Origin: Candidatus Ozemobacteraceae bacterium
GTDB taxonomy: Bacteria; Muiribacteriota; Ozemobacteria; Ozemobacterales; Ozemobacteraceae
DNA: 64,000 nt
Direction: 5' to 3'
Assembly (NCBI GenBank): GCA_965140445.1
Contig: OZ223236.1
Span: 480,001 to 544,000, forward strand
The position numbers and the translations under genes were made by a program. Positions 31,109 through 41,596 of the stretch are shown piece by piece. A model generated the notes under the pieces. It was given only the letters and a program-made list of their open reading frames with translations. It made no database searches and was not told the DNA's origin. Every line of letters begins with the position of its first letter. Within the stretch, counting starts at the first letter, position 1.

Positions 31109-34023
31109 ACTGGATACTCCAGGGTTTCAAGCTCAAAAAAGCTTTCTGAACCGTTTTTTTCAACTTCTCGGAGTTTGGGAGAAAAATTGAGTTGCTCTCG
31201 CATGGACTTTGAAATCATTATTCGGGTGGTCGTTCCATGCCTGCTTTCAGACTCTAGCTTTTCTGCAGTGGCTCTTGCTGGGCCAAGAATTGTAAATTCT
31301 GACCTTTGCTCTGAAGACAGAATTCCAGCCATTACCAGACCGTGATCCAGACCAATCCCGATTTCATAGGTAAAAAGTCCGGAGCTATTTCTTTCTTTTT
31401 GAATTTCTCTATGTCTCCTGGTCATCTGACATGCTGCTGTTACAGCTTTATTAGCGCAATCGGATCGATTGCCCGGGAAAAAAGCTACTATAGCATCACC
31501 AATAAACTGTTCTATTTGGCCTTGATTATTAATAATAATTTCAACCATTTCAGCTAAATGAGTATTCAACATTAATGCAATTGATTCTGGTGGATAACTT
31601 TCTGAAAGAGTTGTAAAGCTGCGAATATCAGAGAAAAGGACGACCCCGTTTAAGCTGGTAGCAGATTTAAAGCTTTCCTCAAATCTGTCGCTTTCGTCTA
31701 AAGTGGTTGAAACAAATTTACCTAGTATTTGTCTTTCTTTTAAGCCTTTGGTCATTTTTTCCATTGAGTGAGCCAAAACCCCAAGCTCGTTTTTGAACGG
31801 ATAAGAGAAATTGGCCTCGAAATCGCCTTTTGTAATCTTATTAAACACGTCAGAAACCTTCATGAGAGGCTCAATTGTCAGATAGGAAATCGAAGCTGCA
31901 AGAATATATATAGTCGCACCAAGAATAGCTATCAGGATCAGAAGAAAAATCATTTTCAAATCAGAGCTTTGGGAAATATCAGAAATATCAATAACTCCGC
32001 CCGCCGCAAATTGTTTAACTTTTAGAAACGGGCTATACAGAAAAATTTCATTTTGATTTATCAGGTGTAGCTGAAAATTAGAGCTCATGGAAGATTGAAT
32101 AAAGGATCTAAGCCGTTTGCCTTTTTGACTGCGGGCAAAGTTTTGAGTTTGCGCTGGAATGGTTTGATAATTTCCTGTTTCATTCCTTCTTATGGCTAAG
32201 AAGTTTCCCTTGTTGTTTTCGTTTAAGCTTAAAAATTCTTCATTTAAGAAATCTCTGGTTATTTTATGCAGGTTTATGCCAACAGCTAAATATGCGCTGA
32301 TTTTTTGAGAATCCATTAAAAAGCTGGTGTAAAAAAGGGATTTATTGGAGCTTGAAAACTGAAAAGAGGTAACTCTTTCCAGAGAAGTCAAAAATACATC
32401 TTCGGGAAATGAGAAATAGCTTTGGTTGAATGCCTTTTTATGTCTTATCTGCTCTGGAGATAAAAAGATTTCTTTATATCCATTAGTTCCACTTGCAATT
32501 ATTGAATGAAGACAGTTTGCAGAAACGACGTAGTAATCCAGATGAGGTTTTGCGATCCCCTCATATTCTTTTCGAGAAGTTTTATAAAAACTTTTGTGAC
32601 CAGGTTTCATTATAAAGAGAAAAGAAAGGTCAAAATTGCCCTTTTTAGTTAACTCCAACAGCCTTTTAAAGGCTTTTTCATTGTCTTTTTCACTATCTGA
32701 CTGGCAGTAACTTTGGAATATTTTATCTTCAAAGCTTTGATTTAAAAGGTTTTGAAGTAGCGGTACAAGTGTTTCGTATTTTTCGTTGATTGCACCAATT
32801 TTGTTTAAAGCGGCATCAATTCTTCGATTTACTTCGATTTCCTTGTTCTGTGAAATTTGGGTAATTCCCATATAAAGCATAAAAGAAACCGGGAGAGTGC
32901 CTGTCAGAAAGAACAGTAGTTTGAAAGAGTAACTCAAACTTATTATTGTTCTGGATTTTCCAAACATTTTGCTAAAGAAAAAGATAATCCAGGCTAGTGG
33001 CAGAAAAAGAAAAATGCTTGAGGGTTTAAAAGCAGAAAATTTCTTGTTTTGGATTTTTTTGGAAAAAATAGCTAGAGAATAGGTTGTTTTAAGAGAAATG
33101 TAGTCCAGGTAAACAAGATAATCGCCTTCCGAGAAAATTTTTCGAATATTTTCCTGTTTGTCTTCTTGCCAGTATTTACGCAGAATTTTGCTTATTTTGT
33201 ATTTTTCCTCAGGGTTTTTTTCTATTTCAGCGGGAAGGATAGGAGAAAATTGGTTTGATATTTTTTTGGATTGAAAAAAGGTTGCAGCAAAGGTTTTTCT
33301 ACTTTGAGCTAAACTACTGTTGGCATGATTTTTAAGCCCTTCTGCTACATTACTAATGTAACTTTCATCAAAAATGGCAATCAACCCACCTGTTCGTTTT
33401 TCTCCCTTTTTAAAACTTTTCCATATTGCGAAAGCTTTTTGCCCTGAAAAATTAACCGGAGTAACTATTCCTTCACGTTCTCCGGCAAAAAATTCGGGCG
33501 CAGAATTTTCACCAAAAATTCCTGAAAGTAGCTTGGTATACTTGTTGAGAATTTTAGAGTCCCTGCTTTCCCAATTGTCAGCAATTTCACATAGCCCTGT
33601 AAAGGCTTTCTCCATTATTCGGCGATTTCTTTTTTCAAAATTTTGGTGTTTTAGCAGAGTTGGCTTTCCATTTTTAAAAATGAAAGCCCAAACCTTAGTT
33701 TTACTTAAGCTATTTGGTGGGAGAAGCCTGGTTAGAGAAGTATTCAGGTAAAATTCTGGATTTTTGGATTTAGTCCAATCCTGCTTTAATAGTCTCTCAT
33801 CTGTTTTTTGAATTCCCAGCTGAATTTGAGAAGCAATGGAAAATGAGTTGCGAATTCTTGAAATGGTGAATTCTGCTTTGTTTTTCCAGTTTTGTTTTTG
33901 AATCAATAACTGATTGGATTCAATTTTTTTTTCTGCCAGAGAAATTATTCCAAAGAAAATCAAACAAAAAAGAATGGGTACGAAAAGTACGTAAAGATGT
34001 CTAGTCCCAATAATTTTTTGCAT
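31105..34023 (-). CDS. Membrane HAMP-class III nucleotide cyclase, type A (C1-like half), copy 2
   Basis: Start MQKIIGTRHLY by analogy with its paralog; HAMP; FSDIRSFT, EQFIGDA, EFTILGPARATAEKLE. Confidence 0.9.
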   Translation of the reverse strand: MQKIIGTRHLYVLFVPILFCLIFFGIISLAEKKIESNQLLIQKQNWKNKAEFTISRIRNSFSIASQIQLGIQKTDERLLKQDWTKSKNPEFYLNTSLTRLLPPNSLSKTKVWAFIFKNGKPTLLKHQNFEKRNRRIMEKAFTGLCEIADNWESRDSKILNKYTKLLSGIFGENSAPEFFAGEREGIVTPVNFSGQKAFAIWKSFKKGEKRTGGLIAIFDESYISNVAEGLKNHANSSLAQSRKTFAATFFQSKKISNQFSPILPAEIEKNPEEKYKISKILRKYWQEDKQENIRKIFSEGDYLVYLDYISLKTTYSLAIFSKKIQNKKFSAFKPSSIFLFLPLAWIIFFFSKMFGKSRTIISLSYSFKLLFFLTGTLPVSFMLYMGITQISQNKEIEVNRRIDAALNKIGAINEKYETLVPLLQNLLNQSFEDKIFQSYCQSDSEKDNEKAFKRLLELTKKGNFDLSFLFIMKPGHKSFYKTSRKEYEGIAKPHLDYYVVSANCLHSIIASGTNGYKEIFLSPEQIRHKKAFNQSYFSFPEDVFLTSLERVTSFQFSSSNKSLFYTSFLMDSQKISAYLAVGINLHKITRDFLNEEFLSLNENNKGNFLAIRRNETGNYQTIPAQTQNFARSQKGKRLRSFIQSSMSSNFQLHLINQNEIFLYSPFLKVKQFAAGGVIDISDISQSSDLKMIFLLILIAILGATIYILAASISYLTIEPLMKVSDVFNKITKGDFEANFSYPFKNELGVLAHSMEKMTKGLKERQILGKFVSTTLDESDRFEESFKSATSLNGVVLFSDIRSFTTLSESYPPESIALMLNTHLAEMVEIIINNQGQIEQFIGDAIVAFFPGNRSDCANKAVTAACQMTRRHREIQKERNSSGLFTYEIGIGLDHGLVMAGILSSEQRSEFTILGPARATAEKLESESRHGTTTRIMISKSMREQLNFSPKLREVEKNGSESFFELETLEYPV

Positions 34024-34116
34024 TATAAAAAGTTTCTCTCGCTGTTTTCTTTCAGAATTATACACTAACAGGGGATTAGATAAAAAGATTAAGAAACAAG
34101 CTGCCCTTAAATGCAA

Positions 34117-37020
34117 TTAGCTGTTTCTGGTTTGTTTTAAAACATAGGCTTCGATACTTTGGGTTTTTCCTTTAACCCTGTTAATTGGTAATTTTTCAGC
34201 TATGTAATCCTTGGAGAGATTGTTAATCATGTTTCCGCTGATTACTATTTCAGCTTTATCCATTTTCAAAGCTTCTGAAGCTAATCTGGCGGCCAGATTA
34301 ACCGGGTCTCCTACAACAGTATGTGCTAATCTGGCTTTTTCAGCTCCCATGACGCCAGAAATTGTTATCCCAGAGTTAATTCCAATTGCCACATCAATGT
34401 TGTAAAGATCGCTCATTTGTTTTTTTATCATAATTGCTGCCTCGACAGGTTTGTTTAAATTTAGGTGTTCCAAGGCAGAGTGTTCAAAAACAATCATGAT
34501 TTTATCTTCAATCATTTTGTCTATTTCGCCGCCGAATTTGGAAACAGAATCTGCGGCAACTGTAAGGTGTTTTTGCATTAGGTCAAAAATTTCAACAGCT
34601 GTTTTATTGTTTTGAAGTTCTTTAAAGTTCATAATGCCTGAAAAAATAATAGTAGCGTAGCTTTGCTTTGCTTTGTCAGAGTAATTTTCATTTCCTGAAG
34701 AAACCTCTCGCAAAACAGATTTTGAGACAAAGCTTTTTAACATTTTCCCCTCGTGAAGCTTTTGAGCCATCTGGTTGAAAGAGCTGGAAATTTGAGAAAA
34801 TTCATCAGGATGAAAGTCATTAATCTGAATGGAATAATTGCCCTTTTTAATTTCATCTGTACCCATTGTGAGTTCTTTGATTGGGGATATGAAAAAGTGT
34901 GCTCCAGACCATGCTATAAGTGTGCCAATCAAAAATAAGCCTGAGACAAATAAAACTACTTTTAACCCAAATTCTGTTCTGAATTTTTGATATTTTTTTA
35001 TTAGTTCAACCCCTCCTATAGCGTAAAATGAATAATCAGAAGGGATAACTTCAATAAACTTATCAAACTCTCCAAAATCAACTTTTTTAGAAGTGGGAAT
35101 TTTTGATTTGAAAGAGTTAGTTAATGCCCCAAATAGTTGCGGAAAATTCTTGGAAACGAAGTTAATTCCCTTTGGATGCAGATCAAAGTCTTTTTCACCT
35201 CCATAGATTATTATCCTTGGTTTATTAGAAATATTGTCAGTAGGAATTTTGCCTAGGCTTCTATTGCTTCTGCCAAAATCCTGATTATAAGTAAAAAAGA
35301 GACTTTTAATATTTTTATAGGTAATTGGAATAGAAACTACAAAATTTTGGCTATAAGCAGTGGTTGTTTTTAAAATGATTTCCCCGTTTTTACGGAATCT
35401 GTAGAAAGACTCGGGGCCAAGTATGTTTAAAAAGAATTCTTGAGCAACTTCAGATTGTAGTTGGCTTTTATTATATTCTTTTTTAGTGTTTCTGATTTCT
35501 TTATTTGAACCATCTAAGGCCAAAATTTCATCAAACCTGTTGCTAAAAATCTTAAGGATTCGATTGTTTTCCTTTTCGGTCACGAATTTAGAGTAGTTTT
35601 TTTTCAGGCTAAACATGGGAGAGTTTTTTGGTTTTATCCAGAGTGTCCTAAAATTTTGTTTAGGGTAAAGAGACGCGTGTCTTTTTAAGAATTTTAGACC
35701 AAAATTTTCAAAATCATAAGAATCTAGATTTTCAGGAATTCTTAGTTTCAGACTATTCAGTATTTTTTCAAATTGGTTGAGTCCTCTTACCGTATTGATA
35801 AACTCTCTTAGGTTATCAAAACTTTCATTATCTATGTTTCTTAGCTCGTTTTTTAATTTTGCTTTTGTATTGTTGCTTGTGTTCAGGTAAGAAGTATTTG
35901 TGAATTCTTCTGCTATATATATTGAGGCAAAAGCTGGTTGGAGAATTAATAAAATAAATATTCCGGGAATCAATTTGCTCAAGTTTAAATCTGGTCCACG
36001 TTTTAATAGGATTTTTTCTGTTAAAACTTTAAAAAGAAAGCATGAAAAAATAAAAGAAAGCCCTAAAAGAATTTGAAGGGCTTGGCTAAAATTATTTTTG
36101 TTTTTCATTACAGAAAATAAAACGATATGCTTTTCAGAATTACTGGTAAAAAATTTGATTTGAGAACCATTGAATTTTAACTTGGTCTTTTCAAACTTGT
36201 TTTTTGAGATTGAACTCTTGATGAATTCCTTAAAATCAGTTTTATCTGAGAAAAATTTAGAAAAAGCTATTTTTCTATTTTTCTTGTCAAAGGCACCCAA
36301 TCCAAACTTTCTTTTGGGCTGAATAGATAATGCATTGGAGATTGAAGCAAATTTATCAAACTTGGTAAGATCGGCCAAAACTAACACTATGGCCAGATTT
36401 TTATCTCTATCCTTTTCTGAAAATAACTTTATCATGCTAACTGCCAGGAATTTACTTCCTTTCTCTGAGGGAATAATTATGTAAGAGGTGGGGTTGGTTT
36501 TTTTTGTATTGAGGAATCTAAAAAAATACCTCTTTTGCTTAGAAAGGCTTGCTAAATCTTGATTTTTTAAAATTACTGGACGTTGGGTTTGAATAAATTC
36601 TTTATTTTGAAGTTTGCTGCAAACTTCGGATAAGCCAAGTTTTTTTCCGCCTTTAATGGATTTTAATTTATTTTCTTCCACCATCAGAATTTCAAATTGA
36701 ACCGGAAAATTGAAGGATTCGCAAAAACCTGCGAATTTTGTTCTAAGTAAATTTTCATATTTACCAGCCTTTTTAATCCATAATGCTTCAGACAAAAACC
36801 TTCTTATTCTGGTGGCTGTTTTATTAAATAGCGAGGCAATCAATTCCTCCTTAGTGTTTATGGGTTTTAAGTCTTGCGAGAAAACCTGCAAAGCTTGTTT
36901 TTTATCTAAAACAATTTGAAATTCGATAGATGTTTTTGCTGCCAGATATATACAAATTGGTGGAAAGAAAATAATTGCGGTCAGCAAAGTCAGCAAGAAT
37001 GTTTTTTTTAAGGCTTTCAT
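34117..37020 (-). CDS. Membrane HAMP-class III nucleotide cyclase, type B (C2-like half), copy 1
   Basis: FSGIMNF, DKMIEDK, HTVVGDPVNLAARL; paralog of 28229-31108. Confidence 0.9.
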   Translation of the reverse strand: MKALKKTFLLTLLTAIIFFPPICIYLAAKTSIEFQIVLDKKQALQVFSQDLKPINTKEELIASLFNKTATRIRRFLSEALWIKKAGKYENLLRTKFAGFCESFNFPVQFEILMVEENKLKSIKGGKKLGLSEVCSKLQNKEFIQTQRPVILKNQDLASLSKQKRYFFRFLNTKKTNPTSYIIIPSEKGSKFLAVSMIKLFSEKDRDKNLAIVLVLADLTKFDKFASISNALSIQPKRKFGLGAFDKKNRKIAFSKFFSDKTDFKEFIKSSISKNKFEKTKLKFNGSQIKFFTSNSEKHIVLFSVMKNKNNFSQALQILLGLSFIFSCFLFKVLTEKILLKRGPDLNLSKLIPGIFILLILQPAFASIYIAEEFTNTSYLNTSNNTKAKLKNELRNIDNESFDNLREFINTVRGLNQFEKILNSLKLRIPENLDSYDFENFGLKFLKRHASLYPKQNFRTLWIKPKNSPMFSLKKNYSKFVTEKENNRILKIFSNRFDEILALDGSNKEIRNTKKEYNKSQLQSEVAQEFFLNILGPESFYRFRKNGEIILKTTTAYSQNFVVSIPITYKNIKSLFFTYNQDFGRSNRSLGKIPTDNISNKPRIIIYGGEKDFDLHPKGINFVSKNFPQLFGALTNSFKSKIPTSKKVDFGEFDKFIEVIPSDYSFYAIGGVELIKKYQKFRTEFGLKVVLFVSGLFLIGTLIAWSGAHFFISPIKELTMGTDEIKKGNYSIQINDFHPDEFSQISSSFNQMAQKLHEGKMLKSFVSKSVLREVSSGNENYSDKAKQSYATIIFSGIMNFKELQNNKTAVEIFDLMQKHLTVAADSVSKFGGEIDKMIEDKIMIVFEHSALEHLNLNKPVEAAIMIKKQMSDLYNIDVAIGINSGITISGVMGAEKARLAHTVVGDPVNLAARLASEALKMDKAEIVISGNMINNLSKDYIAEKLPINRVKGKTQSIEAYVLKQTRNS

Positions 37021-39932
37021 ATTCTCTGTTCCAAACTTGTTAACTCAAAGTGAGGTGGATTTTTCCCATTTTTTATTTCACAAAAACCGCTTTGCAATTT
37101 GGTTTTAAGCAATAAATTTTCTGAAATCATTATTTTGGTGTGTTTGCCATATCTACTTTCTGACTCTAGTTTTTCTGCTTGATATCTCGCTGGTCCAATT
37201 ACCGTAAATTCTGACCTTGTTGCGGTAGAAAGGATTCCAGCCATTACTATTCCATAATCCAGTCCAATGCCTATTTCATAATTAAATAAGTTTGATTTTT
37301 TTCTATCTACTTGTATTTCCTGGTGCCTGACCATCATTTGACGGGCTACATTTAGGGAATTTGCCAGCTTTTCAGTTTCACTGACTGGAAAAAATGCAAC
37401 TATCGCATCTCCTATGAATTGCTCAACCTGTCCGCCATTAGAAATAATTATTTCCACCATTTCTGCAAGATGGGTATTTAGCATTTTTGCAATGTTGTTT
37501 GGGGGATGAAATTCAGAAAGGGTGGTGAAACTGCGAATATCAGAGAATAGAACAACCCCGTTTAAGCTCCTGGCTTCGTTAAAATTTTCCGCAAAACTTG
37601 AATTTTTATCTAAAGTTGTTGAAACAAATTTACCCAGAGTTTGTCTTTCTCTCAAGCCATTGATCATGTTTTTAGTTGAAGTTGCCAAATTTCCCAATTC
37701 GTTATTGTATTTATATTGAAAGCTGGCTTCAAGATCCATCGCAGTTACACGCTTAAAAACATTGGTTAATTGAGTTAATGGTTCAATCATAATGTGAGAA
37801 ATTGATGCTGAAAGGAAGGTGTTGATAGCAACAAGTATGGAAATTAAGAGTAGGAGAAAAATGAATCTGAGGCTGGTCATTTTGTTTATGTCTGCAATAC
37901 TTATGTTTCCGCAAGCAACATAGTTCTTTAAATTTTGAAGAGGAGCAAGGAGCATTACCTGGCTTTTTTCTATAAGGTACATTTGTGACGAAGAATTTAG
38001 ATTAGATTGAACAAATGTTTTTAACTGGCGCCCTTCGAAACTTTTGGAAAAATTTTGAGATTGTTCAGGTATTGGGTTAAAAAGACCAGTCTTACTCTTC
38101 TTTATAGCAAAAAAGTTTCCATTTCCTTGTTTATTTAAATTAAGAAGCTCTGAATACAAATAATTCCTCGAGACTTCTTCCGTGGATATTCCAACCACTA
38201 TATAGGCGGTTATTGTATTTTTTTTATGTATAAAATTCGTGTAATATAAAAAGCGGTCAGTAGTAAAAAGCTGTAATGTGCTTATGTTGTCTAAAGAGGT
38301 TAAAAAAGTGTTGATTGCTGAATCAAAATAATCTTGGTTATAAGAGCTTTTTAGTCGTATTTGATTTTCGCTTAGAACAATTTTCTTATAATCGGGCTCA
38401 TTTTTTGACAAGGCTTCGTGAAGCGCATTTGTTGAAATTAAATAGTAGTCCAATTTTGCTTTAACCGCATTTTCATCTTCTTTTCGAAAAGTTTTAACCA
38501 ATGTTTTTTTGCCCGGTTTTATAAGAAACACAAACGTTATAGCTAAATTCTCCTTTTTTAGTTTTTCAAAAAGTAAGCTGTAAGCAGATTCAAAATCTGA
38601 TTCTTTTTCAGAGTTGCATAGATTTTGAAAATTTTTACTTTTTATCGTTTCACTTAAAATCTGTTGGGTTTTCGGTATTAAACTTTCGAACTTTTCTTTT
38701 ACAGAATTGATTTTTTCGAAAAATGAATTGATTTTTTCATCGGTTTCAATCTGTTTGCTTTGCAGGATTTGAGATGACCCCATATAAAGCATAAGAGAAA
38801 TTGGAAGGGTTCCAATAAAGAAAAATAGTAACCTGAATGAAATTCCCAATTTAAGAATGGAGCCGGAGGAGAAACGCATTTTAAACAAGAAAAAAGTGAC
38901 CCACAGTAGAGGAATGATCAAGAAAATTTTTGACGGCCTTATCCATAAAGGTTTTTTCTTTAAGTTCTTTGATATAACTACTGATAAATAGGAAGATTCC
39001 AGTGAAATGTAGTCAATATATAGCCAGTAATCCCTTTCTTTTAAAGGCTTTCGAAGAAGCTTTGTGTAATCTATTTCCCAGTATTTGCGGATTAGCTTTA
39101 AAACTCGCTGTTTTTCTTTCTTGTTGCGATCTAATTGCTTTGGAATAATAGGAATAAATTCATCTGAGGTTTTTTTGGATAGAAAAAAAGCTGTCCCAAA
39201 TGCATTTTTTTTGTTTTTTAAACTAGCATTTGCAAGGTTTGATAGCCCTACTTTATTGTTGTCGATTAAATTTTCGGGAAATATAGCTATAATTCCCCCA
39301 GTTCTTTTATTGTTTTTTTTGAAACTTTTCCAGATGGCATAAGAGTTTTTACCTGAAAATGTAACCGGGGTTATAAGTCCTTCTCTTGTTCCTGCGAGGT
39401 ATCGAGGAGCGGAGTTATAGCCAAAAATTCCGTTCAAGAATTTCTCTGGCTTTTTAAAAGCTTCCAAGCTTTGATTCTCCCAATTATCTTTGATTTCACA
39501 CAGGTCGATGAATGCCATTTCCATCGCTCTTTTTCTTAGAAATTTAAGACCATTAGCTTTTATAAGGCTTACTTTTCCGCCGATTTTTTTAAATGCCCAG
39601 ATCTGAGCACTTTCAAAGCTTTGTTCTGGAAGATGTTTTTTTAGCAGATCAACAAAGTTTGATCCAGGCGTCTTATCTGAATTCCAATGAGTTTTAGCAA
39701 GATCTTCGCTAAAATTTTGCAAAGCCATTTGAATTTGCAAAGAAATTGAAAAAGAGCTCTTTATTTGGTTTGAATAAAACTTTGCGTGATTTATCCAGTC
39801 ACGTTCTCGGATTTCATTTTGATCCAGTTCTATTTTGGTCTCTGCTAAATAAAGGATTATCGAAAAAATTGCGCAAAAAACTATAGGCACCAGAAACACA
39901 TAAAGGTGCCTGTAGCGGCTACTTTTCTGCAT
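37017..39932 (-). CDS. Membrane HAMP-class III nucleotide cyclase, type A (C1-like half), copy 1
   Basis: FSDIRSFT, EQFIGDA, EFTVIGPARYQAEKLE; paralog of 31105-34023. Confidence 0.9.
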   Translation of the reverse strand: MQKSSRYRHLYVFLVPIVFCAIFSIILYLAETKIELDQNEIRERDWINHAKFYSNQIKSSFSISLQIQMALQNFSEDLAKTHWNSDKTPGSNFVDLLKKHLPEQSFESAQIWAFKKIGGKVSLIKANGLKFLRKRAMEMAFIDLCEIKDNWENQSLEAFKKPEKFLNGIFGYNSAPRYLAGTREGLITPVTFSGKNSYAIWKSFKKNNKRTGGIIAIFPENLIDNNKVGLSNLANASLKNKKNAFGTAFFLSKKTSDEFIPIIPKQLDRNKKEKQRVLKLIRKYWEIDYTKLLRKPLKERDYWLYIDYISLESSYLSVVISKNLKKKPLWIRPSKIFLIIPLLWVTFFLFKMRFSSGSILKLGISFRLLFFFIGTLPISLMLYMGSSQILQSKQIETDEKINSFFEKINSVKEKFESLIPKTQQILSETIKSKNFQNLCNSEKESDFESAYSLLFEKLKKENLAITFVFLIKPGKKTLVKTFRKEDENAVKAKLDYYLISTNALHEALSKNEPDYKKIVLSENQIRLKSSYNQDYFDSAINTFLTSLDNISTLQLFTTDRFLYYTNFIHKKNTITAYIVVGISTEEVSRNYLYSELLNLNKQGNGNFFAIKKSKTGLFNPIPEQSQNFSKSFEGRQLKTFVQSNLNSSSQMYLIEKSQVMLLAPLQNLKNYVACGNISIADINKMTSLRFIFLLLLISILVAINTFLSASISHIMIEPLTQLTNVFKRVTAMDLEASFQYKYNNELGNLATSTKNMINGLRERQTLGKFVSTTLDKNSSFAENFNEARSLNGVVLFSDIRSFTTLSEFHPPNNIAKMLNTHLAEMVEIIISNGGQVEQFIGDAIVAFFPVSETEKLANSLNVARQMMVRHQEIQVDRKKSNLFNYEIGIGLDYGIVMAGILSTATRSEFTVIGPARYQAEKLESESRYGKHTKIMISENLLLKTKLQSGFCEIKNGKNPPHFELTSLEQRI

Positions 39933-40135
39933 AAAAACATCCCAATTTTTTAGCTATAATTATATATTATACATAAAACATGTTATTTCAACTTACAGCC
40001 ATAAGAGACTTGAAGTAATTGTTGTTAAATTTGGGAATTCTCTTGTTCTCTCTTAATTCATTGGCAAACCCTATTGTGAGCTTTGTGAAAATACTTTAAA
40101 CTTAGCAAAAGTTCGAAGTTCTTTTGGGAGGCTTA

Positions 40136-40948
40136 ATGCAAATTCACAGAGATTTTATTTCCAGGGCTACTGTTGTTGCAAAAAATGATGCTAAGTGTTT
40201 GGGACTTGCCGCTGGCGGTTCCTGGATTGGCAGAAAATGTGATGAATTTTCTGATGTGGATTTGTTATACGTTTCATCTGAAAAAGTTTCTAACGATTCT
40301 GAGAGAATGAAAAATTTAGCTTCAAAGTTTGGCACAATGATTAATGCTTTTACTGGTGAGCATATTGGAGACAGAAGAGTTCTAATTTGCATTTTTGACG
40401 AACCCCTGCTTCATGTAGATATAAAATTTTTAACCTTGGAAGAATTCAAGCACCGCGTCGAAGATCCGGAGATACTATTTGAAAAAGATGGCGCTTTAAG
40501 CAAAGTGATTGCTGAAAATAAGTCCAAATGGCCAGAGTTAGATCTTCAATGGATAGAGGATCGTTTTTGGACCTGGATTCACTATGGAGCACTAAAAATT
40601 GGTCGTGGCGAATATTTTGAAACACTGGATTTTTTATCATTTCTCAGATCAACAGTTCTTGCTCCTCTGATGCAGTTAAAGAATGATTGCCTTCCCCGGG
40701 GATTACGTCGTGTAGAACAGAATTTCAGTAAAGAAGATCTAACAAAACTGGAAGAAACAATTGCTGATAACGAGTTGGAATCATTACTAAAAGGCATGCA
40801 AAAGGCAATCGATCTATATCGTGAACTTCGATTGGCAGTTTTTGATGAAAATGTTGCCTTAAGATCAAAAACCGAAGAGAAATGCGTTAAATTTTTTGAT
40901 GAAATAAGAAAGCAAAAGATTGGCCAAATTCCGTCAAAAGTAGAATAG
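40136..40948 (+). CDS. Pol-beta-superfamily nucleotidyltransferase (aminoglycoside/lincosamide adenylyltransferase-like)
   Basis: GGSW...DEFSDVDL motif, HVD third Asp, helical C-terminal domain. Confidence 0.7.
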   Translation: MQIHRDFISRATVVAKNDAKCLGLAAGGSWIGRKCDEFSDVDLLYVSSEKVSNDSERMKNLASKFGTMINAFTGEHIGDRRVLICIFDEPLLHVDIKFLTLEEFKHRVEDPEILFEKDGALSKVIAENKSKWPELDLQWIEDRFWTWIHYGALKIGRGEYFETLDFLSFLRSTVLAPLMQLKNDCLPRGLRRVEQNFSKEDLTKLEETIADNELESLLKGMQKAIDLYRELRLAVFDENVALRSKTEEKCVKFFDEIRKQKIGQIPSKVE

Positions 40949-40997
40949 AAGCTGCCCTAAAAGAGCGGCATAAAGAGCTTCAGATAATTTTTGTTTA

Positions 40998-41552
40998 TCA
41001 GTATTTAGCCCAGTTTTCCTTTGAAAGCGAAAACTCTACATCCAGCTCCTTTGATTCTGGGAATCTTGTGTCTATATATTCTCGTGAAAAAACTAATCCG
41101 GCTTTTTCCATGACTTTTTGAGATGCCAGATTCTTTTTCATAGTGGCGGCAAAAACCTCTTCAACTCCAAGCTCTTCAAACCCCTTTTTGATCAAAGCTA
41201 AACTGCCTTCAGTCGCAAAGCCTTTTCCCCAGTATTCTTTTTTTAGTCTATAGCCTAATTCGATTCTTTTTACATTTTCTGGGTCTTCTTTTGAAGGTCT
41301 GAAGTGAAACCATCCCATAAATTTATCTGATTTCTTTTCAATAGCTGCCCAGAATCCGAATTTACCTGAATGCTTTTTATGCAAGCTTTGTGTCATGGTT
41401 AAAACACGGCGCACATCTTCCATGGAAGATGGTTTCCCATTAGTTAGAAATCGCATTACTTCAGGGTCGTTATCAAGCTCAAAGACGTTTTTATCGTCTT
41501 CCATTGTTATCTCTCTGAGTATCATTCGTTTGGTTTCAAGATATATGTTCAT
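40998..41552 (-). CDS. GNAT acetyltransferase, RimJ/RimL-like
   Basis: LETKRMILR, ELGYRL...WGKGFATE, N.ASQKVMEKAG. Confidence 0.92.
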   Translation of the reverse strand: MNIYLETKRMILREITMEDDKNVFELDNDPEVMRFLTNGKPSSMEDVRRVLTMTQSLHKKHSGKFGFWAAIEKKSDKFMGWFHFRPSKEDPENVKRIELGYRLKKEYWGKGFATEGSLALIKKGFEELGVEEVFAATMKKNLASQKVMEKAGLVFSREYIDTRFPESKELDVEFSLSKENWAKY

Positions 41553-41596
41553 AAAAATTTACCCCTGGTAGCTCTGAAGCGCTGATTTTGAAATGA

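Noticed and set aside
28229..39932. Cyclase genes as decaying pseudogenes
   Set aside because: All four frames are intact, and the residue losses are complementary and repeated in both pairs.
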